In this document: positions 1 to 4,383 of the stretch, piece after piece
Position numbering within the stretch: the stretch's first letter is position 1
Layout: every line of letters begins with the position of its first letter
Sequence record: NC_001330.1
Reading direction: 5' to 3' (one strand)
Length of the DNA: 6,087 bases
DNA from: Escherichia phage alpha3
Made by a program: the position numbers and the translations under genes
The notes under the pieces: model-generated
Told to the model about the DNA's origin: nothing
The model's database searches: none
What the model saw: the letters and a program-made list of their open reading frames with translations, nothing else

Positions 1-26
1 TTGTTGACATTCCCTAAACCCTTATG

Positions 27-65
27 AGACTCTTGCTTCAACGAAACGAAGTAGGAGTCTTTTTT
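27..65 (+). terminator. Candidate stem-loop plus T-run immediately downstream of gene H (across the circular junction)
   Basis: Seen in sequence: 27-39 (agactcttgcttc) pairs with 48-60 (gaagtaggagtct), a 13-bp stem including 2 G-U pairs, with an 8-nt loop (40-47) followed by TTTTT (61-65). The stem is AU-rich, so it is probably weak. The right arm contains the AGGAG ribosome-binding site of the ORF starting at 66. Confidence 0.3.
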
Positions 66-209
66 ATGAAACCAGCTCATCGCCTCTATCATCCTGTGCT
101 TGGTTCTTGGTTGTTTAAGTGCCCCGTTTATGTTCGTTATGAGTCCCTTCATCACGGTCGCCTCATTAAGGTTCGTGCTGTTCGTGACCTTTCCCGCGTC
201 AGCAGTTGA
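66..209 (+). CDS. Hypothetical small basic protein (47 aa; 61 aa if the upstream in-frame ATG at 24 is used), H-A region ORF1
   Basis: ATG at 66 preceded by AGGAG (53-57) with an 8-nt spacer. Product MKPAHRLYHPVLGSWLFKCPVYVRYESLHHGRLIKVRAVRDLSRVSS is rich in R/K/H. About half the codons end in T (hand count ~25/47), matching the bias of the known genes. Stop TGA 207-209 overlaps the TTG at 206 of the next ORF. No homolog recognised. Confidence 0.4.
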   Translation: MKPAHRLYHPVLGSWLFKCPVYVRYESLHHGRLIKVRAVRDLSRVSS

Positions 210-433
210 TTGCCAATCCTAAAAATTGCTTTGACGTTGTCATTGCTGAGATTGACGTTACTCACCTTTCTGTCACTTGGTATGATTTTGAAGCTGAAGA
301 GTATGCTGAGTGTGATTCCGGCACTATGGAGCTTGTTGTTTCTCAGGTAAATTCTGGCGAGGTTATTCGCTCATCTGAAGACCTGTTTGTTGATGTTGAT
401 GATATGGAATGGCCTTATGAAATTGCGGAGTAA
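206..433 (+). CDS. Hypothetical acidic protein (75 aa from TTG 206; 35 aa if it starts at ATG 326), H-A region ORF2
   Basis: Open frame from TTG 206 (TTGA overlap with the ORF1 stop) to TAA 431-433. Product is strongly acidic (many D/E, e.g. DLFVDVDDMEWPYEIAE). Frame-specific T-ending codons are about 41/75 by hand count, versus about 10/41 in the +1 frame of the same stretch. No clear ribosome-binding site before 206 or 326, so the start is uncertain and translation may be coupled to ORF1. Confidence 0.4.
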   Translation: MIANPKNCFDVVIAEIDVTHLSVTWYDFEAEEYAECDSGTMELVVSQVNSGEVIRSSEDLFVDVDDMEWPYEIAE

Positions 434-436
434 GTC

Positions 437-526
437 ATGGAAACTGTTATCGGAAAATTTATTGCTCTGGCTATTGTTGCTCTTATGCTGTATGGAATTG
501 CCTGTTTGATTCGGAGGTTTCCGTGA
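437..526 (+). CDS. Hypothetical 29-aa hydrophobic peptide (single predicted transmembrane helix), H-A region ORF3
   Basis: ATG 437 preceded by GGAG (427-430) with a 6-nt spacer, 3 nt after the ORF2 stop. Product METVIGKFIALAIVALMLYGIACLIRRFP, stop TGA 524-526. About 15/29 codons end in T. Too short for the supplied ORF track. No homolog recognised. Confidence 0.35.
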   Translation: METVIGKFIALAIVALMLYGIACLIRRFP

Positions 527-699
527 AATATTTTAGTTTGGTAGATGAACATTATGCTTACTGCCCTGATACAAGGATTTTGCACATTACTCGTAGTCGT
601 GTTTCTGACCCTCGGTATGAGCGTCGCTTTCTTACTGATGAGGAGCATTTTGCACTTTTGGATTGGTTAAAAAATCGCCCAACTTACATTAATTCTTGA
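523..699 (+). CDS. Hypothetical 58-aa protein with GTG start, H-A region ORF4
   Basis: GTG 523-525 overlaps the ORF3 stop (GTGA) and is preceded by GGAGG (513-517) with a 5-nt spacer. Product (M)KYFSLVDEHYAYCPDTRILHITRSRVSDPRYERRFLTDEEHFALLDWLKNRPTYINS. About 33/58 codons end in T. Stop TGA 697-699 lies inside the -35 hexamer of the gene A promoter. Not in the supplied ORF track. Confidence 0.4.
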   Translation: MKYFSLVDEHYAYCPDTRILHITRSRVSDPRYERRFLTDEEHFALLDWLKNRPTYINS

Positions 700-725
700 C
701 AGACCTTTAAAATACCCTCTATATT
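696..725 (+). promoter_or_regulatory. Sigma70-type promoter for gene A (pA analog)
   Basis: Perfect -35 TTGACA (696-701), 18-nt spacer, -10 TATATT (720-725), about 35 nt upstream of the A start codon. Position matches pA in the phiX174 H-A spacer. Predicted start site around 732-733. Confidence 0.6.
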
Positions 726-755
726 GCCCTCATAGTTTCACTACGAGGGCTTTTT
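726..755 (+). terminator. Rho-independent terminator-like hairpin in the H-A spacer / gene A leader (TH analog)
   Basis: GCCCTC (726-731) pairs with GAGGGC (745-750); an inner 3-bp helix 733-735/741-743 is possible; followed by TTTTT (751-755). The right arm contains the gene A ribosome-binding site GAGGG (745-749). Confidence 0.5.
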
Positions 756-758
756 CGC

Positions 759-2243
759 ATGGCTACTGAAATCTTCTCTGATGTTGTTAAGTCTGTTTGG
801 TCGCACGCTACGGCTAAGCATGCTCATCTTCGTATGGCTGTTCAGGTTGATAATCGTAGTCGCCTCCTTTCTGACCTCGTTTATCAGTTGGAAAAACGCC
901 TTTCTGAAGAGACTCATTTGGATGATGAGACTCTTGCCATTTATGAATCTCAGACTGCCCTTCTGGAAGACCATATGGCACTGGTTCGGAAGTGTGCTGC
1001 CCAACTTGATAATAGTAACACTATAGACCACCGTACCCCTTTGGATGCCGAATGTGTTTTCCTGTTTGAAATGATTTGCCCGGGTGTTCGCTACGGTAAA
1101 ACGTTAAATTCTCTTTGGACTAAGTATGTTGTTCAATGGCCTGAGAAGTTAATCCGTCAGGAGTTAGACATGGTTAAGCCTTTATCCTTTAAGGATGAGG
1201 TTGCCAAGTACATGGAGAAGATGCAGGAAAAAACACGCAAAAATCGCATGACTCAGAAAGTTATTAATGAGATGCGTATTGCTCACCAAAAAGGCTGGTT
1301 CTTCGTATTTGATACGTTAACCCTTGCTGATGACCGTTTGCAGGCTTTTAATGAAAACCCCAATGCTCTTCGTGATTATTTCAGGACTGTTGGTCGAGCT
1401 GTTCTGCGCGCTGAAGGTCGTTCGGTCAAGGATTCCTACAACGACTGCTATCGCTATCTTTGTGTGCCGGAGTTTGGAGGTCAGCACGGCCGTCTTCATT
1501 GGCACGTTGTGCATATGGTGCGGACTCTTCCTTTGGGAAGTCATGACCCTAATTTCGGTCGCAAGGTACGTAATTATCGCCAGATTAACTCGTTCCGTGG
1601 CATGTGGCCTTATGGCTTCACGCAACCGATAGCTGTTCGCTATCAACATGACGCTTATTCCCGCAAAGGTTGGCTGTGGCCTGTTGACAAAACAGGAAAA
1701 GCAATGCAGAGTAAGCCGTATCAGGCGGTCGCATGGTATGTGACCAAGTATGTAGCCAAGCAATCTGACCAGCGTCAGAAAGCTATTACCGAGAGACAAA
1801 AGAAATGCAAGAATCCATTAATGGCAATCTGTCTGAAGAAAGAATTTCGGGTACGCAGCAGTCGGAAACTCGGAATGGAGCTCCCGTCAATGGCTCATCT
1901 GAGCAACAAGGTACTTCTGGAACTGAGCCGAATCAGCTTCGATTCCAGTCCTCTGTATCAGATAGTGAAAGAGAACGCCAAAAAGCAATTGACCTTGAAC
2001 ATCGGCGCGCTGCCTTTGCACGTCATTTTGGATGTGCGCCCGGAAGTGAGAAGCATGTTGAAAACTATTCGTCGTTTGATGAAAAAGACACCCGAGTTCA
2101 ATTGGCAGAGTTCTATCGCTTCAATGACGGTCACTTTAAAAAATGGGGATATTTCTGATGAAGCACGTCAATACATTATTGATGCAGGAATTACGCCTAC
2201 TGATTTGCGAGCTAAAGCGACTCAGACTTTCGGCGGTAAGTGA
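759..2243 (+). CDS. A: Replication initiation protein A (rolling-circle nickase/ligase), 494 aa
   Basis: Strong similarity to phiX174 protein A as recalled (FVFDTLTLADDRL, NPNALRDYFR, CVPEFG..GRLHWH, and the active-site tyrosine pair in YVTKYVAK). GAGGG ribosome-binding site 9 nt upstream. The in-frame stop at 708-710 excludes a longer N-terminus. Contains gene B, the (+) origin and the start of K. Confidence 0.93.
   Translation: MATEIFSDVVKSVWSHATAKHAHLRMAVQVDNRSRLLSDLVYQLEKRLSEETHLDDETLAIYESQTALLEDHMALVRKCAAQLDNSNTIDHRTPLDAECVFLFEMICPGVRYGKTLNSLWTKYVVQWPEKLIRQELDMVKPLSFKDEVAKYMEKMQEKTRKNRMTQKVINEMRIAHQKGWFFVFDTLTLADDRLQAFNENPNALRDYFRTVGRAVLRAEGRSVKDSYNDCYRYLCVPEFGGQHGRLHWHVVHMVRTLPLGSHDPNFGRKVRNYRQINSFRGMWPYGFTQPIAVRYQHDAYSRKGWLWPVDKTGKAMQSKPYQAVAWYVTKYVAKQSDQRQKAITERQKKCKNPLMAICLKKEFRVRSSRKLGMELPSMAHLSNKVLLELSRISFDSSPLYQIVKENAKKQLTLNIGALPLHVILDVRPEVRSMLKTIRRLMKKTPEFNWQSSIASMTVTLKNGDISDEARQYIIDAGITPTDLRAKATQTFGGK
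1002..1031 (+). other. Viral-strand (+) origin of rolling-circle replication, 30-bp protein A recognition/nick site
   Basis: CAACTTGATAATAGTAACACTATAGACCAC matches the phiX174 origin (CAACTTG/ATATTAATAACACTATAGACCAC as I recall it) apart from a few changes in the AT-rich centre. Predicted nick between G1008 and A1009. It encodes AQLDNSNTIDH of protein A. Confidence 0.8.
1221..2243 (+). CDS. A*: A* (internal in-frame restart product of gene A); start codon uncertain (ATG 1212, 1221 or 1248)
   Basis: By alignment the phiX174 A* start (MKSRRGFAIQ) falls on EKTRKNRMTQ here. The nearest in-frame ATG is 1221, with GGAG at 1214-1217 but only a 3-nt spacer. ATG 1248 has no ribosome-binding site. Confidence 0.3.
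   Translation: MQEKTRKNRMTQKVINEMRIAHQKGWFFVFDTLTLADDRLQAFNENPNALRDYFRTVGRAVLRAEGRSVKDSYNDCYRYLCVPEFGGQHGRLHWHVVHMVRTLPLGSHDPNFGRKVRNYRQINSFRGMWPYGFTQPIAVRYQHDAYSRKGWLWPVDKTGKAMQSKPYQAVAWYVTKYVAKQSDQRQKAITERQKKCKNPLMAICLKKEFRVRSSRKLGMELPSMAHLSNKVLLELSRISFDSSPLYQIVKENAKKQLTLNIGALPLHVILDVRPEVRSMLKTIRRLMKKTPEFNWQSSIASMTVTLKNGDISDEARQYIIDAGITPTDLRAKATQTFGGK
1805..2158 (+). CDS. B: Internal scaffolding protein B, 117 aa, encoded inside gene A in another frame
   Basis: Acidic/Q-rich N-terminus and a C-terminus QLAEFYRFNDGHFKKWGYF that matches phiX174 B (PAEFYRFHDAEVNTFGYF). Stop TGA 2156-2158 overlaps the K start. Confidence 0.9.
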   Translation: MQESINGNLSEERISGTQQSETRNGAPVNGSSEQQGTSGTEPNQLRFQSSVSDSERERQKAIDLEHRRAAFARHFGCAPGSEKHVENYSSFDEKDTRVQLAEFYRFNDGHFKKWGYF

Positions 2244-2319
2244 CCCGGATTTTTCTCAGGAGAAAATTCATGCTGAGCTCGACTCGCTACTATGCAAGTT
2301 ATCGCGCCACTTTGACTAA
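2158..2319 (+). CDS. K: Protein K (small non-essential protein), 53 aa, overlapping the end of A and the start of C in the third frame
   Basis: ATG 2158 overlaps the B stop (TGATG), as in phiX174. Product MKHVNTLLMQELRLLICELKRLRLSAVSDPDFSQEKIHAELDSLLCKLSRHFD resembles phiX174 K (KQELLLLVYELNRSGL...LAQLEKLLLCDLS). Below the size cutoff of the ORF track. The upstream in-frame ATG at 2143 is an alternative start. Confidence 0.75.
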   Translation: MKHVNTLLMQELRLLICELKRLRLSAVSDPDFSQEKIHAELDSLLCKLSRHFD

Positions 2320-2476
2320 GCAGTTGATGTTTCTTACAAAAGCTGACTTTACCAATGATGATGAGAAATGGCTTAATGCCTTTGGTAATCTTCTCCGTCA
2401 GTGGTTTCAGATTGAAGACTGGAAAGGCAATCATAAAAAATTGCTTGACGATCTGAAAAAACGTGATTATCTTTGA
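2270..2476 (+). CDS. C: Protein C (DNA maturation / stage III replication switch), 68 aa from ATG 2270
   Basis: RRKFMLSSTRYYASYRATL...DDEKWLNAFGNLLRQWF matches phiX174 C (MRKFDLSLRSSRSSYFATF...DEEKWLNMLGTFVKDWF). AGGAG (2258-2262) with a 7-nt spacer. The track's GTG 2240 start (GTGA overlap with the A stop) is the alternative. Confidence 0.85.
   Translation: MLSSTRYYASYRATLTKQLMFLTKADFTNDDEKWLNAFGNLLRQWFQIEDWKGNHKKLLDDLKKRDYL
2445..2473 (+). promoter_or_regulatory. Candidate pD promoter inside the 3' end of gene C
   Basis: -35 TTGACG (2445-2450), 17-nt spacer, -10 TATCTT (2468-2473). It sits at the position homologous to the phiX174 pD element (TTGACA...TACTATCT) and about 30 nt upstream of the D start. 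Confidence 0.45.
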
Positions 2477-2502
2477 CCCGAATCTTACATAAGGAGTTAC
2501 CT

Positions 2503-2955
2503 ATGAATATTGTTTCTGATGTTAATTACGCTACTTCCGTTGCTGCTCTTCGCATGTTGCAGGCTAGTGCTGTTTTGGATGTTACTGAGGAAGATTTCGA
2601 TTTTCTGACTGGTGATAAGATTTGGATTGCTACCGACCGTAACCGTGCGCGTCGTTGTGTTGAGGCTTGTGTTTATGGAACGCTGGACTTTGTTGGATAT
2701 CCTCGCTTTCCTGCTCCTGTTGAGTTTATTGCTGCCGTCATTGCTTATTATGTTCATCCCGTCAATGTACAAACAGCATGCCTCGTTATGGAAGGCGCGG
2801 AGTTTAGCGAAAACATTATCAATGGCGTCGAGCGCCCGGTTAACGCCGCTGAGCTCTTCGCGTACACCCTGCGTATTAAAGCAGGATTCAAAGAAACTGT
2901 AATGGATGCCGAGGAAAATGCTCGTCAGAAATTACGCGCAAATGGACTGAAGTGA
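2503..2955 (+). CDS. D: External scaffolding protein D, 150 aa
   Basis: Near-identity over long stretches with phiX174 D (ASAVLD.TE.DFDFLT..K.WIATDR.RARRCVEACVYGTLDFVGYPRFPAPVEFIAAVIAYYVHPVN). AAGGAG (2491-2496) with a 6-nt spacer. The track ORF begins at an upstream TTG 2473. Confidence 0.95.
   Translation: MNIVSDVNYATSVAALRMLQASAVLDVTEEDFDFLTGDKIWIATDRNRARRCVEACVYGTLDFVGYPRFPAPVEFIAAVIAYYVHPVNVQTACLVMEGAEFSENIINGVERPVNAAELFAYTLRIKAGFKETVMDAEENARQKLRANGLK
2675..2902 (+). CDS. E: Lysis protein E (MraY inhibitor), 75 aa, overprinted in the +1 frame of D
   Basis: MERWTLLDILAFLLLLSLLLPSLLIMFIPS is almost identical to the phiX174 E transmembrane domain (MVRWTLWDTLAFLLLLSLLLPSLLIMFIPS), including the conserved proline. 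GAGG (2662-2665) 9 nt upstream. The track extends it to GTG 2612. Confidence 0.9.
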   Translation: MERWTLLDILAFLLLLSLLLPSLLIMFIPSMYKQHASLWKARSLAKTLSMASSARLTPLSSSRTPCVLKQDSKKL

Positions 2956-2956
2956 T

Positions 2957-3031
2957 ATGAAGAAAGCACGTCGTTCTCCTAGTCGTCGTAAAGGTGCTCG
3001 CCTCTGGTATGTAGGCGGTTCTCAGTTTTAA
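2957..3031 (+). CDS. J: DNA-binding/packaging protein J, 24 aa, highly basic
   Basis: MKKARRSPSRRKGARLWYVGGSQF, starting one base after the D stop (TGAtATG). This is the short J form typical of G4/alpha3-type phages. Not in the ORF track because of its size. Confidence 0.85.
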   Translation: MKKARRSPSRRKGARLWYVGGSQF

Positions 3032-3035
3032 TTAT

Positions 3036-3054
3036 GGGCCCTTCGGGGCCTTTT
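3036..3054 (+). terminator. J-F intergenic hairpin with UUCG tetraloop plus T-run (TJ-like terminator / RNA stability element)
   Basis: GGCCC (3037-3041), TTCG loop, GGGCC (3046-3050), with a flanking G-U pair 3036/3051, then TTTT (3051-3054). Confidence 0.5.
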
Positions 3055-3066
3055 AAGGAAATTCAA

Positions 3067-4362
3067 ATGTCTAATGTACAAACTTCCGCTGAACGTGAAA
3101 TTGTTGACCTCTCTCATCTTGCCTTTGACTGTGGCATGCTTGGTCGTCTGAAGACTGTTTCATGGACTCCTGTTATCGCTGGCGATTCCTTTGAGCTTGA
3201 TGCTGTTGGTGCTTTGCGTCTTTCCCCTCTGCGTCGTGGTTTAGCTATTGATTCTAAGGTTGATTTTTTCACCTTCTACATTCCGCATCGTCATGTTTAT
3301 GGCGACCAGTGGATTCAGTTTATGCGTGATGGTGTTAATGCTCAGCCTCTGCCTTCTGTTACTTGCAATCGCTATCCGGACCATGCTGGTTATGTAGGTA
3401 CTATTGTTCCTGCAAATAACCGTATTCCTAAGTTTTTGCATCAGAGCTATCTGAACATTTACAATAACTATTTCCGTGCCCCGTGGATGCCTGAGCGTAC
3501 CGAGGCCAACCCGTCTAATCTTAATGAGGATGATGCTCGTTATCGCTTCCGTTGCTGCCACCTTAAAAATATTTGGTCTGCTCCGCTGCCTCCGGAAACC
3601 AAATTGGCTGAAGAAATGGGTATTGAAAGCAATTCCATTGATATTATGGGTTTGCAAGCCGCTTATGCGCAGCTTCACACTGAGCAGGAGCGTACTTACT
3701 TTATGCAGCGTTACCGTGATGTTATCTCCAGCTTTGGCGGTTCAACCTCCTATGATGCCGATAACCGACCGTTGCTTGTTATGCACACCGACTTCTGGGC
3801 TTCCGGTTACGACGTTGACGGTACCGACCAATCTTCCCTTGGACAATTCTCTGGTCGAGTCCAGCAGACGTTTAAACACTCAGTGCCGCGATTCTTCGTG
3901 CCTGAGCATGGTGTCATGATGACTTTGGCTCTGATTCGCTTCCCGCCTATCAGTCCGTTGGAGCACCATTATCTTGCTGGTAAGTCTCAGTTAACCTATA
4001 CCGACCTTGCTGGCGACCCGGCTCTGATTGGTAACTTGCCTCCTCGCGAGATTAGTTATCGAGATCTGTTCCGTGATGGTCGTTCTGGTATTAAGATTAA
4101 AGTTGCCGAGTCTATTTGGTATCGTACTCATCCTGATTACGTTAACTTTAAGTATCATGATTTGCATGGATTCCCGTTCCTTGATGATGCGCCTGGTACA
4201 TCTACTGGTGATAATCTTCAGGAAGCTATCCTTGTTCGTCATCAGGACTATGATGCTTGCTTCCAGTCTCAGCAGTTGCTACAGTGGAACAAACAGGCTC
4301 GCTATAACGTTAGTGTTTATCGCCATATGCCTACTGTACGTGATTCCATTATGACCTCTTAA
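3067..4362 (+). CDS. F: Major capsid protein F, 431 aa
   Basis: Extensive similarity to phiX174 F (MSN.QT.AER...DLSHL.F..G..GRL.T...TPVIAGDSFE.DAVGALRLSPLRRGLAIDS.VD.FTFY.PHRHVYG...QLLQWN...RDSIMTS). AAGGA (3055-3059) with a 7-nt spacer. The upstream in-frame ATG 3034 used by the track lies inside the hairpin and is not the start. Confidence 0.95.
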   Translation: MSNVQTSAEREIVDLSHLAFDCGMLGRLKTVSWTPVIAGDSFELDAVGALRLSPLRRGLAIDSKVDFFTFYIPHRHVYGDQWIQFMRDGVNAQPLPSVTCNRYPDHAGYVGTIVPANNRIPKFLHQSYLNIYNNYFRAPWMPERTEANPSNLNEDDARYRFRCCHLKNIWSAPLPPETKLAEEMGIESNSIDIMGLQAAYAQLHTEQERTYFMQRYRDVISSFGGSTSYDADNRPLLVMHTDFWASGYDVDGTDQSSLGQFSGRVQQTFKHSVPRFFVPEHGVMMTLALIRFPPISPLEHHYLAGKSQLTYTDLAGDPALIGNLPPREISYRDLFRDGRSGIKIKVAESIWYRTHPDYVNFKYHDLHGFPFLDDAPGTSTGDNLQEAILVRHQDYDACFQSQQLLQWNKQARYNVSVYRHMPTVRDSIMTS

Positions 4363-4367
4363 TTCAT

Positions 4368-4383
4368 GGGCCTTCGGGCCTTT
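4368..4383 (+). terminator. F-G intergenic hairpin with UUCG tetraloop plus T-run (TF-like)
   Basis: GGCC (4369-4372), TTCG loop, GGCC (4377-4380), then TTT. Near-duplicate of the J-F module. Confidence 0.45.

Noticed and set aside
4-32. TTGACA hexamer at 4-9 as a promoter for the H-A cassette
   Set aside because: No acceptable -10 hexamer at 16-19 nt spacing; the best candidate, TATGAG, is only 13 nt away.
188-209. Programmed -1 frameshift fusing ORF1 to ORF2
   Set aside because: No canonical X-XXY-YYZ slippery heptamer is aligned with the ORF1 frame in the overlap. Coupled reinitiation at TTG 206 is the simpler explanation.
415-648. Minus-strand ORF (77 aa) across the H-A cassette
   Set aside because: Antisense to ORFs that carry coding-type codon bias; no ribosome-binding site; low-complexity I/T/S-rich product typical of the complement of T-rich coding sequence.
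1684-1713. Perfect TTGACA inside gene A as the pB promoter
   Set aside because: No recognisable -10 element at 16-18 nt spacing. I could not place pB from sequence alone.
2240-2674. Track start codons for C (GTG 2240), D (TTG 2473) and E (GTG 2612)
   Set aside because: These are the first start-like codons in each open frame. Homology with phiX174 proteins and well-placed ribosome-binding sites support ATG 2270, ATG 2503 and ATG 2675. GTG 2240 for C remains a minor alternative.
3034-3066. N-terminal extension of F from the upstream in-frame ATG 3034 (MGPSGPFKEIQ...)
   Set aside because: The ATG lies in the hairpin/T-run module; the ribosome-binding site AAGGA is positioned for ATG 3067; phiX174 F begins MSN.QT.
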